From Polyangiales bacterium (GTDB lineage Bacteria; Myxococcota_A; Polyangia; Polyangiales; JAFGIB01), in assembly GCA_036382515.1 (NCBI GenBank), contig DASVHQ010000289.1, positions 8,176 to 72,175 of the forward strand: a stretch of 64,000 nt of DNA, in the 5' to 3' direction. Positions 1 to 11,819 of the stretch are shown here, piece by piece. The notes beneath the pieces are model-generated. The model had not been told where the DNA came from, ran no database searches, and saw only the letters and a list, made by a program, of their open reading frames with translations. Position numbers and translations under genes: made by a program. The stretch's first letter is position 1. Every line of letters begins with the position of its first letter.

Positions 1-948
1 CTTTGCGCTGCTCTGTACGAGGCCCGCGCGCACGCTCGCATACCAGAGCACCAGCGCCACGCAGATCATCGAGACCGACTCGACCACCGAATACAGCAGA
101 GCATCAAGGCGGATCGAGCGGTAGTTGGCCTGACGGTGCTCGTCGTTGATCGTTCGGTATTCGGCCGCGCTCGGGGCCTCGCGCCCGTAGGCTTGCACGA
201 TCTGCACGCCCTGCACTTGCTCGGAGAGGTACGAATTGAGCTCGGAGATGCGAGCGCGGATGTCACGGAAGGCCTCGCGCGCGCGTCGGCGGATCATCTC
301 CACCGCGATGCCCAGCGGCGGCAGAGCGATGAACGTGATGAGGCTCAGGCGGTAGTCGAGCGCCAGCATGAAGCCGATGACGCCCAGCAAGGTGACGATG
401 TCGGCCACGGCCATCACCGCACCGGACGAGAAGATCTCGCCTAGCGAGTCGACGTCGTTGGTGACGCGCGTGAGCACGCGGCCGATCGGCGTTCGGTCGT
501 AGTAGCCGATGGTCATGCGCTGCGCGTGGCGGAACACGTCGCGGCGCAGGTCGGCCATGCTGCGCTGTCCGGCCAGCTGCATGGCGTAGGTCTCGCCGAA
601 GCCGACGATGAACTCGACGAAGAGCGCGACCGTGAACCAGGTCATAGCGCTCGCCCAGGCGGTCTCGCTGTGCTGGACCAGCACCGAATCGAGCGTGTGC
701 TTCACCAGGTAGGGTTGTAGCAGCGTGGCCAGCGATGAAATGGGCACAAGGCACATGGAGAAGACGAGCATCGGCCACTGCGGTCGCAAGTACGGGACGA
801 GGCTCTTGAGCAGTCCCAGGTCACGCAGCGTCGGCGGCTCGTCGGGCGAGCGCTCGCGCGCGGTTGCGGCCGGCGTCGGTGCGACGCTGGTCGGCGCGGC
901 TGCGGGCGGCCGCGCTGCGTCTTCGGTGGTCGCCGCGGTCTTGGCCAC
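1..948 (-). CDS. ABC exporter subunit, transmembrane-domain part (3' end beyond window edge)
   Basis: Not in the ORF track because it is open at the window edge. Manual minus-strand translation from GTG at 948 is in frame to position 1 and reads ...LRPQWPMLVFSMCLVPISSLATLLQPYLVKHTLD...GYYDRTPIGRVLTRVTNDVDSLGEIFSSG..., which is typical of a type-I ABC exporter membrane domain. It starts 5 nt after the stop of the upstream ABC gene. Confidence 0.8.
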   Translation of the reverse strand, partial: MAKTAATTEDAARPPAAAPTSVAPTPAATARERSPDEPPTLRDLGLLKSLVPYLRPQWPMLVFSMCLVPISSLATLLQPYLVKHTLDSVLVQHSETAWASAMTWFTVALFVEFIVGFGETYAMQLAGQRSMADLRRDVFRHAQRMTIGYYDRTPIGRVLTRVTNDVDSLGEIFSSGAVMAVADIVTLLGVIGFMLALDYRLSLITFIALPPLGIAVEMIRRRAREAFRDIRARISELNSYLSEQVQGVQIVQAYGREAPSAAEYRTINDEHRQANYRSIRLDALLYSVVESVSMICVALVLWYASVRAGLVQSSAK

Positions 949-953
949 GTCGT

Positions 954-2702
954 TCACAGCGCACCCAGCTCTTCCTCGAGCCGTTGCCGGGCGGACAGAC
1001 TGGCATACAGCCCACCGCGCGCCAGCAGCGTGGCGTGGTCGCCCTGCTCCACCACCTTGCCCGCGTCCAGCACGAGGATCTGCTCGCAGCGCTGCGCGGC
1101 CGCGATCCGGTTGGTGACCAGCACGAAGCTACGACCCTTGCCGGCTTGCTCCAGCGAATCCAGGATGCGTGCCTCGGTCTTGGCGTCCACGGCGCTCAGC
1201 GGGTCGTCCATGATCAACACGCGCGGCTCGGACAACAGTGCTCGCGCCAGGGCCACGCGCTGCTTCTGGCCGCCTGACAGCTGCACACCGCGCTCGCCGA
1301 CCACGGTCTGCCAGCCGTCCGAGAGTTCGTCGATCTCGTCTTCCACGCTGGCGGCGCGCGCGGCCTGCCGGATGCGCTGGCGTGCGTGTTCGGACGCGGT
1401 CTCGGGCAGCGCGTAGCCGATGTTCTGTGCGACGGTCTGCGAGAACAGGAACGCTTCTTGTTGCGCGAAGCCCACAGTCTTACGCAGCTCGCGCAGCTTC
1501 AGCTGCGTGACGTCGTCGCCGTCGAGAAACACGCTGCCCGCGGGCGTCGGCAGGATGCGGGCCAAGAGCGCCGCGAGCGTGCTCTTGCCACTGCCGGTGC
1601 GGCCGACGATCGCGAGCGAACTCTGCGCGGGCAGGTCGAAGCTCACGTCTTGCAGCACCGGCCTGCCCGCGTACGCGTAGTTGAGGCCCTGGACGCGCAA
1701 TGCGCCCGCCTGTCTCGGGCTCCTGGCGCATTTCGAGTCGGAGATGTCTGGCTCGGCTTCGAGGATCTCGCGCACGCGGTTGAACGATGCGCGGCCACGC
1801 TGCAGCACGGCCATGATGTAGCCCAGGCCCATCGTCGGCCACTTGAGGGACTCGACGTAGGCCAGGAACGCCACGAGCGTGCCGACCGTGAGTGTGCCGT
1901 TGCGCACGGCGGCCGTGCCGCGGAACAGCACGGCCAGTGTGCCGAGCGACGCGACGCCCACCATGAGCGGCCAGGTGAAGCCGCGTAGCACAACCAGCCC
2001 CATGTTCTTCTGCAGAGCGTTCTGGTTGGCTTCCTCGAACAGCGCTTCTTGTTGGGCTTCGGCGCCGAACGCGCGCACCAGGCGCACACCGGCCAGGGCT
2101 TCCTGCACGCGTGAAGACAGCGCGCCGAGAGCCTCCTGCGAGGCCTGACTGCGCGAGAACATCTGCTTGCCGAGCAGCCGCGCCACCAGCACCAGCAGCG
2201 GCAGCGGCGCCACCGCCCACAGCGTGAGCTCGGGCGAGAGCGCGAGCATCAAGGCGAGTGCCAGACTGTAGGCGAACACCGAGTTGACGATGTTCAGCAG
2301 CCCGAAGCCGACCATCACGCGCACCTGCGCGAGATCGTTGATCGCACGGCTCATGGTGTCGCCCGTCGGCATGCGCTGAAAGAACGACGGGCCGAGCTGG
2401 TGTAGCCGCGCCAGCAGGTCGTTGCGCAGCTCGAACTCCACGTCGCGGCCCACGTTGAACACGGTCGTGCGCGACACCGTGCGCACCACGCCCATGCCCG
2501 CGGCGAGCAGCCCGACCAGCGCCGCGCTGCCGGCCACGCGTCCGAGCGCGCCCGAGACCAGGGCATCGACGGCATCCTTGAGCAGCCACGGGATGCTCTT
2601 GTCGAGCGCGTTGGTGATCAACAAAAGGCCCATGCCCTGCCACAGCCTTGCGCTGTGCGGTCGCACGTATGAGCCGAGCGTGCGCGGAGCGGCGGCTGTC
2701 AT
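954..2702 (-). CDS. ABC exporter, fused permease/ATPase (MsbA/MDR-like), probable heterodimer partner of the downstream gene
   Basis: ORF 954..2813. Walker A GRTGSGKST, signature LSGGQKQRVALARALL, Walker B VLIMDDPLSAVD, with an N-terminal exporter TMD. Start moved to ATG 2702 (MTAAAPRTLGSYVRP) because the upstream extension is Arg/Pro-rich and looks non-coding. Confidence 0.9.
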   Translation of the reverse strand: MTAAAPRTLGSYVRPHSARLWQGMGLLLITNALDKSIPWLLKDAVDALVSGALGRVAGSAALVGLLAAGMGVVRTVSRTTVFNVGRDVEFELRNDLLARLHQLGPSFFQRMPTGDTMSRAINDLAQVRVMVGFGLLNIVNSVFAYSLALALMLALSPELTLWAVAPLPLLVLVARLLGKQMFSRSQASQEALGALSSRVQEALAGVRLVRAFGAEAQQEALFEEANQNALQKNMGLVVLRGFTWPLMVGVASLGTLAVLFRGTAAVRNGTLTVGTLVAFLAYVESLKWPTMGLGYIMAVLQRGRASFNRVREILEAEPDISDSKCARSPRQAGALRVQGLNYAYAGRPVLQDVSFDLPAQSSLAIVGRTGSGKSTLAALLARILPTPAGSVFLDGDDVTQLKLRELRKTVGFAQQEAFLFSQTVAQNIGYALPETASEHARQRIRQAARAASVEDEIDELSDGWQTVVGERGVQLSGGQKQRVALARALLSEPRVLIMDDPLSAVDAKTEARILDSLEQAGKGRSFVLVTNRIAAAQRCEQILVLDAGKVVEQGDHATLLARGGLYASLSARQRLEEELGAL

Positions 2703-2709
2703 GCGCGCT

Positions 2710-4107
2710 TCATCCTCGGGCTTGGGCGTCGCGATCCGGACGCGGGCTCTTCTGCGCGGTGCGCTCGAGGCCGCGCCACATCTGGTGTGCCTTGCCGGCG
2801 GCATGCGTGTCACCGATGGCTTCGAGCAGGGCGGGCATCACCAGTTGCACCTTGGTGTGCTGCTTGAGCACGGCGTCGAGCGCCGCGCGAAACGTCTTCA
2901 GGTCCACGTCAGCTGGCACCACGAGCTTGCCGTACACCAGACGATGTGGCTCCGGCGCGCCGTGCTCGTGCTTGCGCATGTGATCGCCGCTGGCGCAGCG
3001 TGCGCACAGTTGCTCGATGCGCGCTCGGTGCACGAACAGCAGCGCTTCGCTCGGCAACGCGGCACCGAAGGCCTGCACGTCGCCGGCCTCGTGCTCGAGC
3101 GCGACGAAGCGCAGGCGTCGCTCGTCGCCCTTTCGTAGCACCGAGAGCAGCGCGAAGCGCGGCACAGGCCGGCCCTCGTGCTCGGTGATGCCGATGGGCG
3201 TGCCGTCCCAGAGCACGAGGTCGCCGTAGTCGACGGAGGCATCGCGGAACGTGGTGCTTTGCACGACGCCATGGCACGGGCTCAGCGGGCTCACCCAGAC
3301 GAGCTCGAAGGCCACGGCGCGATCGATGCCCGCGTCGTCGGTGCCGTGACCGGTGCCGATGGTCGCGGCGCGCACCTGTACCGGCGGCAGCCCCTCCACC
3401 AGCGGCATGCCGCTGGGCGACAGCGTTGCGGGCATACCCAGCGCACGCAGTGCTTCTACGGCCAGCTCACCGCGACCGAGCGCGGTCGCGCAGATCGCGA
3501 TGTTCCACAGCACGCCCTTGCGATCGCCCAGCAGCGCACGGGCACGCTCGCTGGCTTGCAGCGCCTCGGACCACGCATGGCGGGCCTTGTGCACGAGGCC
3601 GAGGTTGAACCACCAATCCCCGTTGTTCGGATGGCAGGCCAGCGCGGCCTGGCAGCTCGCCAGGGCTTCGTCGTGCAGGTGCGCCAGGCGCAACGCGTTG
3701 CCGCGCGTCATGTGCAGGTAGCCAGCCACGTCCGGGTTCGCCTTGTCGGCGGCCGACAAGCCCTCGAGGGCGTGCTGGGCTGCCTGTGCTGCCAGCTGTG
3801 CGGGACCATCGGCCTGGGGAGGCTCGTCCGGCGCTTTCAGCTCGGCCGCGCGCACCAGCGCGTCGCAGGCCGCCATCACCATGCGTGGCTCGTTCGGCCA
3901 GCGCGCGAGGATGCGCTGGACCTGGGCACGCAGCCCGTCGCGGCCCGGCGTGATGCGCAAGAGCGTGAGCCAGGCCAAGGCCAGGTCCGCGTCGGCGTCG
4001 ATCGAGGGCGCGAAAGGTGCGAGCGCCGCCCACGCGCGTTCGGGCTCGCGCTGCTTCAGCGCTTTTTCGACTTCGGTGAGAGCTCGCTGGATGGGGTTCA
4101 CTGGCAT
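2710..4107 (-). CDS. hypothetical protein, TPR-like helical N-terminal half plus unknown C-terminal domain
   Basis: ORF 2710..4155. The helical-repeat region (…DEALASCQAALACHPNNGDWWFNLGLVHKARHAWSEALQASERA…) looks TPR-like. The C-terminal ~200 aa match no motif I recognise. ATG 4107 (MPVNPIQ) is preferred; GTG 4155 is possible. Confidence 0.6.
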   Translation of the reverse strand: MPVNPIQRALTEVEKALKQREPERAWAALAPFAPSIDADADLALAWLTLLRITPGRDGLRAQVQRILARWPNEPRMVMAACDALVRAAELKAPDEPPQADGPAQLAAQAAQHALEGLSAADKANPDVAGYLHMTRGNALRLAHLHDEALASCQAALACHPNNGDWWFNLGLVHKARHAWSEALQASERARALLGDRKGVLWNIAICATALGRGELAVEALRALGMPATLSPSGMPLVEGLPPVQVRAATIGTGHGTDDAGIDRAVAFELVWVSPLSPCHGVVQSTTFRDASVDYGDLVLWDGTPIGITEHEGRPVPRFALLSVLRKGDERRLRFVALEHEAGDVQAFGAALPSEALLFVHRARIEQLCARCASGDHMRKHEHGAPEPHRLVYGKLVVPADVDLKTFRAALDAVLKQHTKVQLVMPALLEAIGDTHAAGKAHQMWRGLERTAQKSPRPDRDAQARG

Positions 4108-4314
4108 GGTTGGCTCGGCGCCCGAGAGCGATAGCAGGCTTTCGGCGGCGCGCACATGGATTGGAGGTCGCCTTCCAAGGGTCGTGCTCGTGACGAGCCC
4201 GTTACGGTGTACACTGACTGCTCGTGGGCGGGTCCAGTCGGGCGCGCGGCCATGAGGTGCGTGTCCCGGGGGATGCGCTGGGTTTGGGGTCGGAGCGTAG
4301 TACGCAGGAAACCC

Positions 4315-5071
4315 GTGTCACTGCCACGCATCGCATACGGCCGTACCGATATCGGCAAACGCCGCAGCTCGAACGAGGACGCCTTTCTCGTCGATGACGC
4401 GCTCGGCTTGTACGTCGTGGCCGACGGCATGGGCGGCCACAGCTCCGGTGAGGTCGCCAGCGCAGCGGCGGTCGAGGTGCTGCACGGCATGGTGCAGCGC
4501 GAACGCGAGAACCTGTCCGCGCTGCTGCAGCTGCCACGCGACTCGAGCGTGCAGCCTGGCAGCATGCCGCCGGTGATGCACAAGGCGCTGCGCATCCTGG
4601 AGAGCGCGGTGCAGGCTGCCACCTATATGGTCTTCGGCCTGAGCGAAGCGAACCCAGAGCAACGTGGCATGGGCACCACGCTCTCGGCCCTGCTCTTGGG
4701 TGGGGAGTTTGCGCTCACGGCGCAGGTCGGCGACAGCCGTGTGTACATGGTGCGCGACGGGCAGACCGCGCAGATCACCGAAGACCACACATTGATCGCC
4801 TGGCAGCTCAAGAAGGGTTTGATCACGCCGGAAGAGGCGCGGGTCTCGCGCCAGAAGAACGTGATCACCCGCGCGGTCGGTTCGCGCGACTACGTGCAGG
4901 TCGACACCAACCTCGTGGTGATCCAGCGGGGCGACGCCTTCCTGCTTTGCTCGGACGGGTTGCACGGCTACGTAACCGATCCGGAGATCGCTACGCTCCT
5001 GCAACTGCCACCGCCGGATGCGACCGAGCAGCTGATCCAACTCGCAAATCAGCGCGGCGGCCGCGACAACA

Positions 5072-5100
<29 letters not shown>
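4315..5100 (+). CDS. PP2C-family Ser/Thr protein phosphatase
   Basis: ORF 4156..5100. Motifs RTDIGKRRSSNEDAF, VVADGMGGHSSGEVAS, LLCSDGL, GGRDNITSVAV. Start set at GTG 4315 (AGGA 5 nt upstream); ATG 4252 or 4273 are alternatives. Confidence 0.85.
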
Positions 5101-6580
<1,480 letters not shown>

Positions 6581-6654
6581 CGTTGGAGCTCCATGCTCTG
6601 ACGATAGCGCACGCCCGCGGGCTTGCCGAGTTGCTGAGTGCTCGTGGCTGCGGC

Positions 6655-8409
<1,755 letters not shown>

Positions 8410-8600
8410 ATGTGTCTAGGGAACCTTTCTAGCTGAGCCGAAGCTCCACGGTGTCGAACCGTCGTCACGCGGCGAAGGCGCCGCCCTCAGGTTGGTCGAT
8501 GCGCTGTTGCGTCTGGGAGAGGCTCACCCACACGCGCGCCGTTTGTCAGGTACTGCTGCGAAAACGCACAAAGCGAGTCATCGCCTTGTCGGGCGCGGGA

Positions 8601-8628
8601 ACTTAACAGGGGGGTATGGCCCTGTCAA
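8601..8628 (-). promoter_or_regulatory. candidate sigma70-type promoter for rpsA
   Basis: Minus strand reads TTGACA (8628..8623), a 16-nt spacer, then TTAAGT (8606..8601). It lies 9 nt after the cmk stop and would give a ~190-nt rpsA leader. Confidence 0.35.
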
Positions 8629-8636
8629 CCGAACGA

Positions 8637-9326
8637 TCACGCGCCCTTGCCGCGTGCAATTTCGGCCAGACGGGTCACCACGAGGTCGATGTCCATCGCG
8701 GTGGTGTCCACGAGGATGGCGTCATCGGCGGGGCGTAGCGGCGCGACGGCTCGACCTTGGTCCTGTGCATCACGCGCCCGGATTTCTTCCAGGGTTTTCG
8801 CGAAGTCGGCCTGGACCCCGCGCCCCGCCAGCTCACGCACGCGCCGATCAGCACGCGTTTGATCGGCGGCCGTGAGGAACACCTTGGCCTCGGCGTCGGG
8901 GAAGACGACCGTACCGATGTCGCGACCTTCGAGCACGACGCCGCCGTCCTGGCCGAGCCGACGCTGCAGCTCGAGCAGCGCGGCGCGCACCTCGGCGTGC
9001 TTGGACACGTCGCTGGCGCCCATCGATATTTCTGGCGAGCGGATCTCTGCCGAGCGGTCTTTGCCGTCGATGAGCAAACTGGGTGCGCCGGTTTCGCTCG
9101 CCGCGAAGCGCAGATCGAGCCGGGCCGTGAGCGCGCCCAGCGCCGGGCCGTCGGTCCAGGCGGTGCCGCGCTCGCGGGCTGCGAGCGCGACGCCACGGTA
9201 CAGCGCACCCGTGTCGACCAGCACAAAGCCCAGGCGCTGCGCCAGCTTCAGCGCCACGGTGCTCTTGCCGGCACCGGCTGGTCCGTCGATGGCGATGACT
9301 GGGCGGGTGCGCGTGCGGGTCGTCAC
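8637..9326 (-). CDS. cmk: cytidylate kinase
   Basis: VIAIDGPAGAGKSTVALKLAQRLGFVLVDTGALYR and EGRDIGTVVFPDAE. The start overlaps the upstream stop (ATGA). Confidence 0.95.
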   Translation of the reverse strand: MTTRTRTRPVIAIDGPAGAGKSTVALKLAQRLGFVLVDTGALYRGVALAARERGTAWTDGPALGALTARLDLRFAASETGAPSLLIDGKDRSAEIRSPEISMGASDVSKHAEVRAALLELQRRLGQDGGVVLEGRDIGTVVFPDAEAKVFLTAADQTRADRRVRELAGRGVQADFAKTLEEIRARDAQDQGRAVAPLRPADDAILVDTTAMDIDLVVTRLAEIARGKGA

Positions 9327-10699
9327 TTGTCGGGTGTTCCTTGCAAGAAGATGTCGGCGCCGAGCGCCTGCAGCGCTTCGAGGAAACCAGGATGAGCTTG
9401 TAGCAGCGCAGCGACGCCCTGCTCAACCACGCTCTCCCCCTCACCTGCCAGGCCCGCCACCACGGCGGCCATGACGAGCTGCGGGTCGTCGCTGGCCAGC
9501 ACGGCGCCGGTCGTGGGGTGGCGCAACTTGGTCACGCACAGCGCACCCGCCTTTTGCGTGGCGTCGATGCCCGTCGCGCGCAAGACGCCAAGCAACGCGC
9601 TGGCGTGTGGATCGTGGTCGGCCAGCAGCGGGTCCACGTCGTAGAGCTGTGCACCGCGCTGGGCGAAGCTGCCCAGCACGGCCAGCGCGGGCACTTCATC
9701 GCGCCCGCGCAGCAGCACTTCGCCGTCGAGCACGCCGCCGCGCAACGGGCGATGCCGCACGATCAGGTCGGCTATCGGCTCGCGGCCGGCGTCGCCGCGC
9801 GGCAGCACCTGCACGTCGGCGCCCCACAGGCGCAGCGCGTCGAAGTAGCCCGTGCGTGCGGGGTTGATGCCGACACCGCCGAGCGCGATGCGGCTGCCAG
9901 GCACGACCAGACATGCGGCCGACAGGTATGCGGCGCAGGTCGTGCAGCCCGGCAGCGCAAGCGCAGGCTGCGCCGGGATGTGGTGGTCCCAGTCGCGTGG
10001 CTCGAAGCACACGACGCTGCCGACGCGGCGCAGCGGCAAGCCGAGCATCACCATGGCGCGCTCGAGGTGATCCGGCGAGACCGTGGGCTCGCTCAGCAGT
10101 GTCGAGCCGGCGGCGAAGAGCGCGCTCACTAGCACGGCGCCTTTGGCGGCGGCGTCGGCTGCGGGCAGCTCGCAGTCGAGCGCGCTGAGTTGCTCACCGT
10201 CGACCAGTGGCGCGATGGCGAGCGGTGGTGTCGCTGGCGCGCCAGCGTGGCTGCTACGCCCGGCGATCTGCGCCCCGCGAGCGCGCAGTGGGCCAACGAT
10301 GCGCTCGACCGAGCGTAGAGCGAGGCTCTCGTGCACCAGCAGGCGTGTGCCGAAGCGCTGTGCGCCGATCAGTCCGGCCAGCAGCGCGAGCGCCGTGTAC
10401 GAACGCCCTGCGTCGAGCGCAGCGCTGGGCATGCGCAACCCATCCGTGCCGACACCGGTGATGCGCAGCGCTTCGGCGTCGGTTTCGATCGGCACGCCGA
10501 GCGCGCGCAGCGCGGTCAGCAAGCTGCCGAGGTGCGAGTCGAGTGGCGCGTCCGGCCAGAGCAAGGCACCGGGGCCATCGGCCAGCGCAGCCAGCACCAA
10601 CGCACGTTGCGCGACTTCGGCATCGAGTGGAACGCGAACGCTGCCGGACAGTGCGCGGCCAGGGCGAACGCGTAGGCTCGCGCTAGTGCGTTCGGTCAC
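9323..10699 (-). CDS. EPSP-synthase (AroA/EPT) family protein with degenerate active-site motifs; probably not a functional 3-phosphoshikimate 1-carboxyvinyltransferase
   Basis: ORF 9323..10906. The real start is GTG 10699, in a GTGA overlap with the upstream stop. Collinear by eye with class II EPSPS (LSGSVRVP..QRALVLAALADG, SL.LR..ERIVGPLRARG, NPARTGYFDALRLWGADVQV, HPGFLEAL). The catalytic motifs are substituted (see finding). Confidence 0.85.
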   Translation of the reverse strand: MTERTSASLRVRPGRALSGSVRVPLDAEVAQRALVLAALADGPGALLWPDAPLDSHLGSLLTALRALGVPIETDAEALRITGVGTDGLRMPSAALDAGRSYTALALLAGLIGAQRFGTRLLVHESLALRSVERIVGPLRARGAQIAGRSSHAGAPATPPLAIAPLVDGEQLSALDCELPAADAAAKGAVLVSALFAAGSTLLSEPTVSPDHLERAMVMLGLPLRRVGSVVCFEPRDWDHHIPAQPALALPGCTTCAAYLSAACLVVPGSRIALGGVGINPARTGYFDALRLWGADVQVLPRGDAGREPIADLIVRHRPLRGGVLDGEVLLRGRDEVPALAVLGSFAQRGAQLYDVDPLLADHDPHASALLGVLRATGIDATQKAGALCVTKLRHPTTGAVLASDDPQLVMAAVVAGLAGEGESVVEQGVAALLQAHPGFLEALQALGADIFLQGTPDK

Positions 10700-11778
10700 G
10701 GTGCCGGCCCGGCCTGCTTCGCGGGAGCCTTGCACTGCGGCGGATCCATGCCTTGCAACATGCCGGCGACACGCTTCTCGATGCTCTCGAGGTCGTCCTG
10801 CCCGATCGGGAAATCCAGCTGGGCCACCTCGGCTTGCGCGCGGACCTTCGCAGCGTCGAGCACGTCGGGGAAGCCGGCGAGGTGCGCGAACACGCCGACC
10901 TGCCACAGCCAGTCGTTGACTAGCTTCACCACCGAGTCAGCCTGTTCGGCCGAGCCGAGCTGCATCGCGACCGCCAGGCGCAACCCTGCCTTCGCGTCGA
11001 GCGCGAGCGCAAGCGGCGCGTGGCTGACGTTGTGCCCGAGTGATGGGGCGCCCACGGCGCCGAGCTCGGCTTCGACCACTTCGGCGGTCGGGCCGGACGG
11101 CTGCACCTGGGCACATACGGTCTTGTGCTGGCAGTCGATGCGTTCGGCCAGCGCGCGGGTTGCGCTACCGTCCAGCCAGCGCGGGTGAGCCTCGAAGCTG
11201 ATCAAGTCGAGCGAAGCATCGAGCCAACGGCCGCTTCCCAGGATCAGCAGATGCTCATCGAGCTGCGCCGCGGACAGCAGACCCGCGTCCGTGACAGAGA
11301 AGCGTCCGTGCATGCGGTGGCTGCGTGGCTTGGCGGTCGCGCCGCGGTCCTGATCGGCGAGCAGATCGAGTGCGCGCTCCACGTCGTTCGCGCCGTACTT
11401 GCCCTGCAAGAGCACGAGAAGATCGACGGGCTGGTTCGCTGTGCTGCGGCCCGCGAAGACGATGCGCGCGCTTTGCCCGGTGAGCCAGGTGAGGTCGTCG
11501 CTGCGCAGGCACGAGTGCTCTTGCGCCCAGCCACGCCAGGTGGGGAAGCTCTTGGACGCGGCAAGCTCGACGACGTCGACCGTTGCCACAAGCGAGGCGT
11601 CAGCTGGAACGAGCGCCAGCGCATCGGCCGGCACGGGCGCCTCGCGTGGCGCGGGTGCAGCGTCGCGGATGGCTGCGCTCGGTGCAGCCGGCCCGGGCGC
11701 GACGCCGCGGGTTCCCGCGCAGGCGCACAGGACCGACAGAAGCAGACAGGACGTAGTCTTCGCGTGCATGGGCGGCAT
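10696..11778 (-). CDS. hypothetical lipoprotein
   Basis: N-terminus MPPMHAKTTSCLLLSVLCACAG has a signal peptide plus a lipobox-like Cys. No recognisable enzymatic motif and no GxGxxG. Its stop overlaps the AroA-like start. Confidence 0.7.
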   Translation of the reverse strand: MPPMHAKTTSCLLLSVLCACAGTRGVAPGPAAPSAAIRDAAPAPREAPVPADALALVPADASLVATVDVVELAASKSFPTWRGWAQEHSCLRSDDLTWLTGQSARIVFAGRSTANQPVDLLVLLQGKYGANDVERALDLLADQDRGATAKPRSHRMHGRFSVTDAGLLSAAQLDEHLLILGSGRWLDASLDLISFEAHPRWLDGSATRALAERIDCQHKTVCAQVQPSGPTAEVVEAELGAVGAPSLGHNVSHAPLALALDAKAGLRLAVAMQLGSAEQADSVVKLVNDWLWQVGVFAHLAGFPDVLDAAKVRAQAEVAQLDFPIGQDDLESIEKRVAGMLQGMDPPQCKAPAKQAGPAP

Positions 11779-11819
11779 GCTACACCGTTCTGCGTGGCAG
11801 CTGCGCTGCGCGTGCTCGC

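Noticed and set aside
9323-10906. N-terminal 69-aa extension of the AroA-like ORF (start at 10906)
   Set aside because: The extension overlaps the lipoprotein gene in another frame and is Arg-rich. The GTG at 10699 gives the family-typical N-terminus and a GTGA coupling.
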